The position numbers and the translations under genes are program-made. 56,924 nucleotides of DNA from a virus (taxonomy: Duplodnaviria > Caudoviricetes), in IMG/VR virus record IMGVR_UViG_3300032895_000004, positions 1 to 56,924 of that record. One strand, given 5' to 3'. Positions 1 to 8,726 of the stretch are shown here, piece after piece; position 1 is the stretch's first letter; each line of letters starts with the position of its first letter. Below the pieces are notes generated by a model that ran no database searches, was not told where the DNA came from, and saw only the letters and a list, made by a program, of their open reading frames with translations.

Positions 1-208
1 GGTGTCACCATCCTCCCTGACCCCTCCAATCCTGAGCATGGGCACCCAACGGCCTCGTCGGAAACGGTCCGGCGCGTCGATAGCGACCTTCATGGCGCGA
101 AGCTCATCCCCTTCCGCTTCTTCCCCGGAAACCTCTTTTTTCCCCCGGCTTGGGCGGAGTGGTGGAACGAGGTCGACAAACTCGATCAATGAAACCACCG
201 GGGCGGAC

Positions 209-424
209 TTAGCTCGCTTGCTCGCTCTCCCGCCGCTCACGGTTCATTTTCATAAGCGCGCCACCGAGCTGGTCGAAGACCGCGCGCGTCACGATGTCGG
301 CGAACTCCTCAGCCGTCTCGGGCATTTCCCCTCGAGCCTCGAGCGACGTCCCGACACCCATCATTGTCTCGTGGAATGCCTGGATGAGATTCCCTCCGAA
401 CCACTCCGCATTTCCCTTGTCCAC
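209..424 (-). CDS. Hypothetical protein (non-repeated left flank)
   Basis: GTG start after a GGAGG RBS; helical, protein-like translation VDKGNAEWFGG... Confidence 0.55.
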   Translation of the reverse strand: MDKGNAEWFGGNLIQAFHETMMGVGTSLEARGEMPETAEEFADIVTRAVFDQLGGALMKMNRERRESEQAS

Positions 425-685
425 CGCTACCTCCCGCCTGAATCGAGCCATCGGTGTCGTCCCACGCCCAGCACAGGCCGGACCCACTTAGATTCAACCA
501 TCGGCGACAAGGCATCGGTTCATCAGTGCTGATGGGAAGCGGCGGCGATGATCGCCGCGCCGCCAAAGGTGACCAGATACCACAGCCAGCCGTAGCGATA
601 CCGGGCGGGCATGCGATTCCCGGTTCCCGCCTCTGCCTCGGCCCGTGTCACCGGAAGGAACGCCCGTCTGCTCAGTTCAAACGCG

Positions 686-949
686 GTGACTCTGCGTTGT
701 GAATGTGGGAAGCGGCTGGCGATGCTCCAGGTAAAGGACGGCGGTTACGGTTCAGCCGGTCCCGGAGGCGCATTCGTAGATGGCTTCTGGTATGTCCCGA
801 CACGGCGGGGACAGCCCGTCGTAGCTGACTACTGGCACCAACACACCTCCCGGTGTGGACGCGCTCCCGAGATCCGAGGGGAGCGGCTCGTGGAACTCGT
901 GCGGTCGGCACAAGCGCGGGGCGTCAAGTCGATCACCCTGCCGGATTAG
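686..949 (+). CDS. Small Cys/His (Zn-ribbon-like) hypothetical protein spanning the repeat boundary
   Basis: VTLRCECGKRL...HQHTSRCGR. Intact here, 5'-truncated in the second copy at 53415. Confidence 0.55.
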   Translation: MTLRCECGKRLAMLQVKDGGYGSAGPGGAFVDGFWYVPTRRGQPVVADYWHQHTSRCGRAPEIRGERLVELVRSAQARGVKSITLPD

Positions 950-1044
950 CCGGGCATCAGCACCCGACCGAACGAGTCTGCCAAGTCTCGGTCGCACCAG
1001 ACGACAGGTTGGCCCAAGCCCGAATAGGGGGCCGGACAGCCGGT

Positions 1045-1485
1045 CTAGGCGGCCGCGGCGATCAAAAGTTCCGCAGAGGTTGTCTCTGAGGTGTGACGCC
1101 GGAGGAGATGCTCGCGAGTGTGGGTGGCGAAGCGGTACGTGCACCCCTTCTCCATGCCACCATCCTCGATAAGCCGAGCCAACAACACTCCAACGGTCTC
1201 GTCGGCGCTCAGAACAGCCGGTCCGTGACTCCCGTGATCGCAGTCGCCGGGCACCCGCGACAACGAAACGATCATGAGGGCGTTGGACACAGGAACCACC
1301 AAGTTCGCCACGCCCCCCGACGCTTCGACCTCGGCCAGTGCGTCAGCGATCCGGTCCGAGCGGAGTGCCGGAACCACCGGAATCGACCCGTCGGGCGCGC
1401 GCTTCAGGAGGTCCGTGAACTCCGGCTCGATCATCTTCCGGGCGATCAGCGCGGTAAGACCGCCGCGTTCGCCGTCCTCAGGCAT
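1045..1485 (-). CDS. Hypothetical protein (captured segment)
   Basis: ORF from MPEDGERGG, overlapping the stop of the upstream gene; duplicated at 53648..54088. Confidence 0.55.
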   Translation of the reverse strand: MPEDGERGGLTALIARKMIEPEFTDLLKRAPDGSIPVVPALRSDRIADALAEVEASGGVANLVVPVSNALMIVSLSRVPGDCDHGSHGPAVLSADETVGVLLARLIEDGGMEKGCTYRFATHTREHLLRRHTSETTSAELLIAAAA

Positions 1486-1849
1486 CCTGCCACCTTGTGA
1501 GCTCCGCCGAGAGCTGTGTCTCGGCCAGTGCTTCTGCTGTGCGTGTATATACATCCTCGAGCGATCCGGGAGCAATCGGCCCGACCTGCCTGGGTATACC
1601 CGGGTCTGCGGTACGGCAATGCTCCCTGCGCCAGAGGCTGCCCTCCTCCGACCACATCTCAACGACCTCCCGATAGATAGGACTGCCGGACATCGTCTTG
1701 AGTGCGATGTGAAAGTACACCAATTCTCCCTGTTCACGGGCCATGTGGACATCCAGCCGATGTGCCTCCATCCCCAAGGTGCCCACTTTGAGCCGGAACG
1801 GGTGCAGCTCCGGGCCCTCCCACCCCGGAAGACTCATGGTGTCGCACAC
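1478..1849 (-). CDS. Hypothetical protein (captured segment)
   Basis: 123-aa ORF; duplicated at 54081..54452. Confidence 0.5.
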   Translation of the reverse strand: MCDTMSLPGWEGPELHPFRLKVGTLGMEAHRLDVHMAREQGELVYFHIALKTMSGSPIYREVVEMWSEEGSLWRREHCRTADPGIPRQVGPIAPGSLEDVYTRTAEALAETQLSAELTRWQDA

Positions 1850-1873
1850 TAGTTGACCAGGGAAAACGGCGGC

Positions 1874-2056
1874 CTAATTCGGACATAGAGCCTTCCCGCC
1901 CGGATCACCGTCTGGAAGCCGCGGAGGCTTGGGCAGCCCAGCCAACGTCCTCCCCAGCGAGGCGGCCAGTTCCTGATCGCGCTGCTCGAGGGCGTGCGGG
2001 TACACCCGAAGGGTGATCGACGGGTCGGCATGGCCGAGCCGAGCCCCAACCGTGAC
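1874..2056 (-). pseudogene. Tyrosine recombinase/integrase C-terminal remnant
   Basis: Frame absent from the ORF track reads VTVGARLGHADPSITLRVYPHALEQRDQELAASLGRTL, the box II LGH..S.T...Y motif with the catalytic Tyr. No 5' part is present. Confidence 0.85.
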
Positions 2057-2065
2057 GGCTCGCGC

Positions 2066-2294
2066 TCATGCCATCTGGCCTTCGTCTTCGAGAGGCAGTA
2101 GCTCGTCCCTCAACCTGAATGTGCCGTGACCGCACCACCGACAGGTAGATCCGAACCCGAAGTCGTCGGAGTGGAACTGCATGGCACTCTTGCGCTGGCA
2201 CTCGGGGCAACGGCGAGACTCGGCTGATCGCCTTGCAGCCGTCCGGCTGTTGGCGGTAGCGGTGCGGACGTTCCCGTTCTGAAAAGGTAGCCAT
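2066..2294 (-). pseudogene. Zn-ribbon protein with a 1-nt frameshift
   Basis: ATG GCT ACC TTT[T] CAG AAC: removing one T gives MATFQNGNVRT...RRCPECQRK...CRWCGHG...MA*. Length is 3n+1. Confidence 0.7.
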
Positions 2295-2296
2295 AT

Positions 2297-2854
2297 CTAT
2301 AAGAGTCCCTGAGCGTCCGGACCGTGACAGTCGTCGGGAGATTTCTCGGGAAACTTCTGTGGATTTAGTGCGGCCCGAAGATTGGCTAGCACCTTAGTCC
2401 ACGTCGGACCCCCGTCGCGGGTGTCAGCCCAGTCCACTACGGCTTGACCAACTTTCCGCAGCCGGTCCCGCTCGGCTTGGAGGCCGCTGGCACGGTGCCA
2501 CTGCTCGTTCGCGCTGGTCCTAGCCTCAGTCAACATCTGCTGAAGCGTGACCCTCTCGGATTCGGAGTGAGCGAGATCACCCTTTGTCTGTCGCCACCCC
2601 AACTCGGCCTGGTTCCGCTCGGCCACCAGGGCGTTGAAGGAGCGGTTGAACAACCGAGCGACCATGAGAGCCGTGGCCTGTGTCTCGGCACAGATGACGC
2701 AGTGATCTCCGGCCCAGTTGTTGTCGCAAGAGTGGTCCGAGGCGAGCGACTTCACGAGGTCCTGCTCCTCGCGGATGGCCTGTTCGAGAGCAGCGGTGCG
2801 GACCGCCTCCTCGACCCGTTGCGTAAATGTGGACGATGAAACCGGATCAGGCAT
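2297..2854 (-). CDS. Coiled-coil hypothetical protein with a small Cys/His motif
   Basis: Start MPDPVSS after GGAGG; HSC...HCVIC motif followed by heptad-rich helix. Confidence 0.7.
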   Translation of the reverse strand: MPDPVSSSTFTQRVEEAVRTAALEQAIREEQDLVKSLASDHSCDNNWAGDHCVICAETQATALMVARLFNRSFNALVAERNQAELGWRQTKGDLAHSESERVTLQQMLTEARTSANEQWHRASGLQAERDRLRKVGQAVVDWADTRDGGPTWTKVLANLRAALNPQKFPEKSPDDCHGPDAQGLL

Positions 2855-4130
2855 GGGCCACCTCCGGGTACTCGATCTCGACGAGCCACATGCCGACGCG
2901 CTGCCGGCCGAGCTCGGCGTTGCGCTCGTCCAGGTCGATCCCGATGGCGTCGCGGCCGTGGCCAGTGGCGACGGCGAGAGTGGTCCCTGAACCGGCGAAG
3001 GGGTCAAGCACGACACCGTTACGCCAGGAGTCGTGGCCGCAGTCCGACCATCCGAGGGTCAGGCGCTCTGAGAAATCAGGAGCGTCCGTCGATGAGCCAG
3101 CCCTTGCATGGCGCTGGGGATCTCCGAGCGTTCGGTGCCCGTTGCCAGTGCTGTTGACGTGCTCCACCAGACGCCGGCTGGGTTCGCCACAGACCGTGCA
3201 GACCCGGCGCGGGCACATCGCCTCGATGGGCGTCACGCACAGGTCGGACGGGAAGGCGGCGTAGTGGCTGCCTTTGTAGGGCTCAGTGGGGATCACCCAG
3301 TAGTCGAGGGGTGGCGCTCCGGCTGGATGCGACGGCACTCGGGTCTGGTAGTTCGCCGTCTGGACCTCGACCGGGTCGCCGTGCTTGGGCCCGTTGGTCG
3401 TGCGGAACCGCTGGTCGACTGCCTCGGTGCGGACCGCGTCCATATCGAAATACCGCGTGCGGCTCTTGCAAGCGATCGTCAGATAACTCGTGGCCGGTCG
3501 GAACTTGTCGCTGAGCGCGCCGACAGGAGGGTTCGGGCGGCACCAGGCGACCACGTTGCGGACCCGCCAGCGGTCGGTCTGCCGTCCTGTGAGCGCGTTG
3601 AACCCGTAAGACAGAGCGACGGCGAACAGTTCGGGGACGAGCACCTTGGACTTGTCGAGTGGCCAGCCGTCCCTGTCGGACCGCGTGCGTCCGGGTCCGG
3701 TGCGCTCGCCCGCGCCGGGTTGGTTATACGCCGTGTTCATAGGCTTCGCTCGAGCCGCCCGGGCTTTTGTTGCGCTCCCGTCAAACGTCGGCTGACCGGC
3801 ACGCATCGCCCAGGTCCCGTTGCTCGGGTCGGCCGGGGTGTAGTCCCCACCAGCACCACCGGAACCGCTGTAGGTGTCCCCGAGCTCGACCACGATGGAG
3901 CCGTGCGGAGCCAGCACCCGCTCGAGCGCCTCGATCACGTCAAGCAGGGTGTCGAGATACTCGCCGGGCGTCGGCTCTGACCCGATCTCCTTGGCCTTAT
4001 CCGGGTGGTCCTTGGGCAGGTAGGAGCGCAGAGCCAGGAAGGGCGGTGAGGTCATCACCAGGTCGACCGAGGCGTCTGGCAGCTTCGCCAGTGCATCGAA
4101 CACGTCGCCCACGATGTAGCGGGCGGTCAC
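2847..4130 (-). CDS. Beta-class N4/N6 DNA methyltransferase with Cys-rich insert
   Basis: Motif IV TSPPF near the N-terminus, H.A.FP motif, motif I DPFAGSGTT at the C-terminus; insert CPRRVCTVC...WSDCGH. Confidence 0.93.
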   Translation of the reverse strand: MTARYIVGDVFDALAKLPDASVDLVMTSPPFLALRSYLPKDHPDKAKEIGSEPTPGEYLDTLLDVIEALERVLAPHGSIVVELGDTYSGSGGAGGDYTPADPSNGTWAMRAGQPTFDGSATKARAARAKPMNTAYNQPGAGERTGPGRTRSDRDGWPLDKSKVLVPELFAVALSYGFNALTGRQTDRWRVRNVVAWCRPNPPVGALSDKFRPATSYLTIACKSRTRYFDMDAVRTEAVDQRFRTTNGPKHGDPVEVQTANYQTRVPSHPAGAPPLDYWVIPTEPYKGSHYAAFPSDLCVTPIEAMCPRRVCTVCGEPSRRLVEHVNSTGNGHRTLGDPQRHARAGSSTDAPDFSERLTLGWSDCGHDSWRNGVVLDPFAGSGTTLAVATGHGRDAIGIDLDERNAELGRQRVGMWLVEIEYPEVAHA

Positions 4131-4245
4131 GACGGGCCCTTAGCGGGAGAGTCCATACCCCGGCTGGACACTGGCGCCGAACCTGGGCGAGCGTCCTCGC
4201 GGATAGCCCCCTCTCCCGCAGGAGATTCTACCTGGTCAGGGGCGG

Positions 4246-4389
4246 TTATCGGTCGCGGTAAGGCGCGCACGCCGCCTCCCACTGATCGTCGGTCACGCTG
4301 TCGGGCTCGGCGAGCTCGGCGTCGAGAACAGCCCACAGGCGACGTTCGGCCTCGTCCCGCGGTCTACTGGAAGTGAAAGAAACCGTCAT
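4246..4389 (-). CDS. Small hypothetical protein (47 aa)
   Basis: MTVSFTSSRPRDEAERRLWAVLDAELAE...; ATGA overlap with the upstream gene. Confidence 0.5.
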   Translation of the reverse strand: MTVSFTSSRPRDEAERRLWAVLDAELAEPDSVTDDQWEAACAPYRDR

Positions 4390-4613
4390 TCGGCCAACTC
4401 GCATATGCGCCAAAGGCGAGCCATGAAGGAACGCACCGCCTCGCGGATTTCGGGATCGTTCAGCGGGTCAGTCCACCCAGAGTCGGGCGAATCCCACGGC
4501 CTCAGGTTCCCCGGTGGGCCAAACCCGTTCCGAGCCATCACAGCCCGAATCCGCATGGGACGTTGAAGATCGCCCTCGCTTAGGACGAACTCAGGCAGCG
4601 GTTGAACCGTCAT
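4386..4613 (-). CDS. Hypothetical protein
   Basis: 75-aa ORF, ATGA-coupled on both sides. Confidence 0.6.
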   Translation of the reverse strand: MTVQPLPEFVLSEGDLQRPMRIRAVMARNGFGPPGNLRPWDSPDSGWTDPLNDPEIREAVRSFMARLWRICELAE

Positions 4614-4924
4614 GGCGCAGCCAACCAGTCGTCAACGATGGCCTCGGCTTGCTCGACTACGTGCTCCTCATCGAACGCCTGGTGGATCGCCTCGTCACTG
4701 AAGTAGTGCAGCCCCCACCAGTCAGGGATCGGCACCTGACGGTCACCGTGCCACCGCTCCCCTTCGGGCTTACGGTCCCAGACGTGGAACGGCGGCTCCC
4801 AGCGGTCCCGACACTCCAAGATCGACGCCGGGTTACGCAGCGCCGGGCGGGGGGCCTCTGAGCCGAGGATGGCCCAACCCCAGACCAAGACCTGAGTGCG
4901 CCAATCGGGGAGCAGATCAGGCAC
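4610..4924 (-). CDS. Trp-rich hypothetical protein
   Basis: GTG start overlapping the upstream stop. Confidence 0.6.
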   Translation of the reverse strand: MPDLLPDWRTQVLVWGWAILGSEAPRPALRNPASILECRDRWEPPFHVWDRKPEGERWHGDRQVPIPDWWGLHYFSDEAIHQAFDEEHVVEQAEAIVDDWLAAP

Positions 4925-5228
4925 CGACCCACACTCCCTCGCGAAAGAACCCATGTGTCCCGCAGCCCTCAGGCGGCACGCAGTAGATCGACGGGCTGAC
5001 GGTCAGTGGCTCCCTCGACACCAGCGTCCAGCCTTCGCCACCGAGCGGAAGCATCGTGTGAACTCGGTGGCCACCCAGGGCCGTTGAACAGTCGTGGAAC
5101 CACCAGACGTGCTCGCCGTCATCGTCAAGGATGCAGTTCGGCGGCTCCCCCGTCATCGGGTAGAGCACGTCGTTTCGAGGAGGCACCTGGTCGCCCGCGT
5201 TTCTTCCAGGAGTACTTCGCTCAGTCAC
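4917..5228 (-). CDS. DUF6527-like protein
   Basis: WTL....PLTVSPSI.C.....CG.HGF...G.W signature. Confidence 0.7.
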   Translation of the reverse strand: MTERSTPGRNAGDQVPPRNDVLYPMTGEPPNCILDDDGEHVWWFHDCSTALGGHRVHTMLPLGGEGWTLVSREPLTVSPSIYCVPPEGCGTHGFFREGVWVGA

Positions 5229-5397
5229 GACTCGCCTCCAACCGCGCGCGCTCCCTGCGGCTCTCGCCCCTGCGCTGGTCGATGAGCGCGAGCTGCTCGT
5301 CGGCGGACCGAGTGCGGCGCCTCTCTTTGAGCATCAGGGCCTTCTCCTGGCGACGTTCACGCCACTTCGGCCAGTTCTTGCGGAGATGATTACTCAC
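5221..5397 (-). CDS. Small basic helical protein
   Basis: VSNHLRKNW...RSADEQLALIDQRRGESRRERARL; GTGA overlap. Confidence 0.6.
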   Translation of the reverse strand: MSNHLRKNWPKWRERRQEKALMLKERRRTRSADEQLALIDQRRGESRRERARLEASRD

Positions 5398-6098
5398 GAC
5401 GGCCCCACGGTGAAGGAACTGGCCGATGATACCGGCCCGGTGATCGCGCCGGGAATCTGATTGTCCACGTAATAGAGCCCGTATGCGTAGTAGCCGTAGA
5501 GCGGCACCCCATCGGAGCCCTGGGTAAACAGCGGGGCGTTCAGCGACGTGCCGGCATCCGAGATGGTGACGTCGGGGAACGGCGAAGGTGGCGTGCCAAG
5601 GGTGGGGTTGGTCTCCACGATGAACAGCGCCCCGGTGCACGTCGTGTCCGGTACGGCGGCCTTGGCCGACCACGACTTGGCGGTGGTCTCGTTGTCGAAC
5701 ACCACCGTGGCCCCTTGCGTCGAGTAGGTGGGGGCCTGGATGAACACCTCGATGGTTTGGCCCGGTGAGCACAACGTGGGCGGCGCATACTGCGTCTCGC
5801 CGTTGTACTCGTCGGTGGAGTAGTAACAGTCGGCGGCCGGGCCCGAGGCGTCCTCCACGCCGGCCTGCACATAGGTGGCGAAGGTGTCGTCGGTGGACTG
5901 ATAGTCGACCCACGCCGCCACCCCGGGGAAGTCGGGCACCGTGAACGTCGCGTAGACGGTCGACACCGGCCCGCTGTAGGCGGTGTTTGCCGAGTAGCCG
6001 TCGACGTCGTAGGACACGCTGGCTCCCGCGTGCGCGCCGCCGATCAGCGCCATGACGGATACCGCCACGACGGCGACGAGACTTCGGATCACTCTCAT
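5394..6098 (-). CDS. Secreted G1-family (eqolisin-like) glutamic peptidase
   Basis: Signal peptide ending AHA; ordered motifs DGY, ATFTVP, AAWV, VQAGVE (catalytic Gln), PGQTIEV, NETT, ALFIVET (catalytic Glu), FPDVTISDA. Confidence 0.75.
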   Translation of the reverse strand: MRVIRSLVAVVAVSVMALIGGAHAGASVSYDVDGYSANTAYSGPVSTVYATFTVPDFPGVAAWVDYQSTDDTFATYVQAGVEDASGPAADCYYSTDEYNGETQYAPPTLCSPGQTIEVFIQAPTYSTQGATVVFDNETTAKSWSAKAAVPDTTCTGALFIVETNPTLGTPPSPFPDVTISDAGTSLNAPLFTQGSDGVPLYGYYAYGLYYVDNQIPGAITGPVSSASSFTVGPS

Positions 6099-6373
6099 GG
6101 GTGTTTCCTTTCTGGGATGACGAGCCGGTCCCGGATTGGGAACGGCTTGACGTTGGGTAGCACCAACGTTCCATGCTCGACAAGCAGCGGGGGCTGAGAC
6201 ATGACCTCGCCCAGCCGCTCGACGTAGCGAACTACTGATTCCACTGGCAGGGGGTGATCGACAACCCGGCCGTCGCCGGTGAAGAAGATCAGGTGGAACG
6301 TGCGCTCGTCACACACGAGACAGTGGTCCTTGGCAAACGCGTACCCGGCCGATGCCATCGAAGTCATTTCCAT
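6095..6373 (-). CDS. Hypothetical protein with CxxC
   Basis: Start after GGAGGG; DHCLVCDERTFH. Confidence 0.6.
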   Translation of the reverse strand: MEMTSMASAGYAFAKDHCLVCDERTFHLIFFTGDGRVVDHPLPVESVVRYVERLGEVMSQPPLLVEHGTLVLPNVKPFPIRDRLVIPERKHP

Positions 6374-6810
6374 TGGTCTCGCTCCCTCCAAGTCGCGCGA
6401 TCGTCTGGACACTCCAACCGCAGGCGCAAACCGCACGCTCGAGCTGTCGGGTACTCCTCGTCGGACAGCGGCACGTACAGGTGGCCGACCATCGACTTGG
6501 GGTTCCACCACCACCACTCGCCGCGCCCGGTGGCTCCCACCCCGACCAGGGCCAGGCGGGCAAACCGCTGGATGGTCACCAGATCGGCCTCACGTGCCCT
6601 GTAGAGGCCGACTTCGTACTTCCGGGGCCTCAGAGCCGTCAGCCACGCAGCGACGTGCCAGGAGCCACCACAGACCCCCTCCACGGTCAGCATGATCCCG
6701 AGTCGCTGGTCTCGTCCGAGCGGGTGAACCTTGGTCCACGGACTGAGCGAGAAGTGATGACGCGGCAACGGGTGGTTGAGCGCGTAGGTGCGTTGTTGCT
6801 CGATCCTCAC
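6364..6810 (-). CDS. Hypothetical protein
   Basis: GTG start after GAGGAGG, coupled to the upstream stop. Confidence 0.65.
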   Translation of the reverse strand: MRIEQQRTYALNHPLPRHHFSLSPWTKVHPLGRDQRLGIMLTVEGVCGGSWHVAAWLTALRPRKYEVGLYRAREADLVTIQRFARLALVGVGATGRGEWWWWNPKSMVGHLYVPLSDEEYPTARACGLRLRLECPDDRATWRERDQWK

Positions 6811-7223
6811 GTCGCCTCCTCGACAAGATCGGGCGGCACCTGGTCGAGGACCTGACACGACCGGGCGAACCGTTTGGTGGCCGAGTCCCAGCCGTACACA
6901 CACGCACGACATTCCCGGATCAGCCACTGACGGAAGCCCGGGTCATCGTCGTCGGGCAGGAAGGCGGTCTGGCGTTCACAGTGTGTGCATGTCGCGCCGT
7001 CGACCACCTTCTCACAGAGATGAAGCAGCGCCATGAGCGGGTCCAGGCCGGCCGCAACCTTCGTGCCCTTCTCGTAGAGCGCCACCGCCAGCCACACGAC
7101 GGGCTCCTCGTCGTGAGAGAACCGAAGTTGAATCGCGCCTGCGCCGGTCCGGCCGAGCATGTCGACAGCGGCGACAACTTGTTCGGCGTGTTCGGGGGGC
7201 ATCCCCTCGGGGCGTGTGATCAT
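6807..7223 (-). CDS. Hypothetical Zn-binding protein
   Basis: CTHC...C..C motifs; GAGGAG RBS. Confidence 0.75.
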   Translation of the reverse strand: MITRPEGMPPEHAEQVVAAVDMLGRTGAGAIQLRFSHDEEPVVWLAVALYEKGTKVAAGLDPLMALLHLCEKVVDGATCTHCERQTAFLPDDDDPGFRQWLIRECRACVYGWDSATKRFARSCQVLDQVPPDLVEEAT

Positions 7224-7262
7224 CGTGGCTCCTCGATCACCCGACGAAGAGCACGCAGCGCG

Positions 7263-7937
7263 TTACCAGCCGCCGCCGCATCCGTCTTGGTCAGGTGGGT
7301 TCGACTCAATAGCTTCTGCCACCACGATCTGCTCGTCAGGCGTCGCGTTCGTCTCGTTGAAAGCCGAGCCGTACGTTGCCCAGTTCTGAACGTCGATGCC
7401 AAGAGAGCCGTAGAACTCGGGTCCTTCGGCATAGGTGGCCCACCCTCCGGGCTCCTCACAATTCGCAACGCGGGTCCACGCCGCGAACTGCGCGCACGTG
7501 ACGCCCGTGCCGTCATCGGGGTCCCAGCCATCACAAGAAGGGTCCGACGTCGGCGTCGAGGTCGTCGGGATCGGGGGGGCGCTCACGGTTCCGCTCGATG
7601 GCGTACTCGGCGAGCGAGGGCTGAGGGGTGGTTCGGATGGTGACGACGGCCCGGAGCGGTTCGTCGCCTGCGACGTCGTAGATCGGTCGCTCAGCAACCC
7701 CCACGAAGTGCATCGAGGTGCCAGCGTGTCGATGCTTGAACATCGCCAGTCCGTGCCATGCGGCCTCCTCAGTAAGAGCCGTGGGGCCGAGCTGGCCGCA
7801 GACACAGACGGCGTTGACCGTGCCGTTGCGGTTGTGCCGGAAGTAGGAGTGCTTGTGTGCAGCACCCCGAGCGTCGTCCCCGCCATCGCCAGCGCGATTG
7901 TCAGTCGAGTGCATGTGATTCTCCATCGTGGTCGCAG
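7263..7937 (-). CDS. Rpf-like (resuscitation-promoting factor) transglycosylase with overprinted N-terminus
   Basis: C-terminal WTRVANCEEPGGW...FYGSLGI...NWATYG...ATPDEQIVVAEAI matches the Rpf fold with its catalytic Glu. Start uncertain: CTG 7937 follows a good RBS and gives a signal-peptide-like N-terminus; ATG 7886 is the alternative. Confidence 0.8.
   Translation of the reverse strand: MRPRWRITCTRLTIALAMAGTTLGVLHTSTPTSGTTATARSTPSVSAASSAPRLLLRRPHGTDWRCSSIDTLAPRCTSWGLLSDRSTTSQATNRSGPSSPSEPPLSPRSPSTPSSGTVSAPPIPTTSTPTSDPSCDGWDPDDGTGVTCAQFAAWTRVANCEEPGGWATYAEGPEFYGSLGIDVQNWATYGSAFNETNATPDEQIVVAEAIESNPPDQDGCGGGW
7531..7914 (-). CDS. Hypothetical protein overlapping the Rpf-like gene in another frame
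   Basis: GGAG-6nt-ATG; strong G/C third-position bias; H/CxC/H motif. Confidence 0.65.
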   Translation of the reverse strand: MHSTDNRAGDGGDDARGAAHKHSYFRHNRNGTVNAVCVCGQLGPTALTEEAAWHGLAMFKHRHAGTSMHFVGVAERPIYDVAGDEPLRAVVTIRTTPQPSLAEYAIERNRERPPDPDDLDADVGPFL

Positions 7938-8290
7938 CCTTCTCTCCCTTGCTCGGCGGGTCCGACACCCGCTTTGTTGGTTAGGTGATCCACTACCGAC
8001 AACAAGCCTTGCAGGTTGGTGATCGCGACGCGTAGAGCCTCGTTGCGTTCACGAGCCTCGTCCGGGTCTCTCTGAACGCCATCCAACGCGATGACCATCG
8101 CGAACGACAACAAGGCGCGTTCGGCTTCGGACACCACGTCGGTCTCGAAAGGCTCTTCGATCACTTCGAGAATGGAGATCATCAATTCTCCACACGCCCC
8201 AATGGCAGCGGCGGGCGAACGGGCCACAAGCTCCATGCACATCTGTCGAGCCCGAGTGACGTCCTCGTTGAAAGTAGAGGGAAGAATCAC
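7901..8290 (-). CDS. Hypothetical helical protein
   Basis: 129-aa ORF, GTGA-coupled. Confidence 0.65.
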   Translation of the reverse strand: MILPSTFNEDVTRARQMCMELVARSPAAAIGACGELMISILEVIEEPFETDVVSEAERALLSFAMVIALDGVQRDPDEARERNEALRVAITNLQGLLSVVDHLTNKAGVGPAEQGREGCDHDGESHALD

Positions 8291-8634
8291 GCCACCCGTC
8301 CGATCCGACGACGAGCCATCTTGCTCGGCGCAGGGATCGAGGGGTGACGACGCAGGTACTCGCGCCGCATCAGATCACGCCTCGCGTCCTCTCGCGACAT
8401 GCCCCACCCCTCGGGGTGTTCATAGGCCCGGTACAGCAACTGGCCGGTGGCCGTCGACCACACTTCGGCACGCTTACACGTGCAGACGGTGCACCGCAGC
8501 AGGATGCGCTTGCAGGCCACCACGAACACGGCGCGACGTGAGAGTGGCGCGCCGTCATCGGGCACTTCATCCCATGAATGGCCGAACGTCCGACAGTGAA
8601 CGTAAGCCTCGGGTTGCTTGCTTCTCGTTGGCAT
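8287..8634 (-). CDS. Zn-ribbon hypothetical phage protein
   Basis: CRTFGHSW...RCTVCTC...Y.HPEG; strong RBS. Confidence 0.75.
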   Translation of the reverse strand: MPTRSKQPEAYVHCRTFGHSWDEVPDDGAPLSRRAVFVVACKRILLRCTVCTCKRAEVWSTATGQLLYRAYEHPEGWGMSREDARRDLMRREYLRRHPSIPAPSKMARRRIGRVA

Positions 8635-8637
8635 GTA

Positions 8638-8655
8638 TCTCTCCCTTGTGAGTTG
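8638..8655 (-). promoter_or_regulatory. 18-bp start-associated motif CAACTCACAAGGGAGAGA, copy 1
   Basis: Exact copy at 15080..15097; both lie directly upstream of a start codon and include the RBS. Confidence 0.7.
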
Positions 8656-8726
8656 GTGCCGACTGCACCGGGAGACCACGGCCGTTCTCGCGCCGTCCGT
8701 GGCTCCCCGCTGTTGTCAGCAGCGAG

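Larger units (their letters stand above)
812..4321. repeat. Long direct repeat, copy 1 (3510 bp)
   Basis: CAGCCCGTCGTAGCTGACT at 812 recurs at 53415. All ORF translations are identical at offset 52603 up to the window end. Confidence 0.97.

Noticed and set aside
812-4321. Repeat interpreted as a physical direct terminal repeat of the virion DNA
   Set aside because: Unique sequence precedes copy 1, the boundary falls inside genes and coincides with an insertion junction, and copy 2 is cut by the window end.
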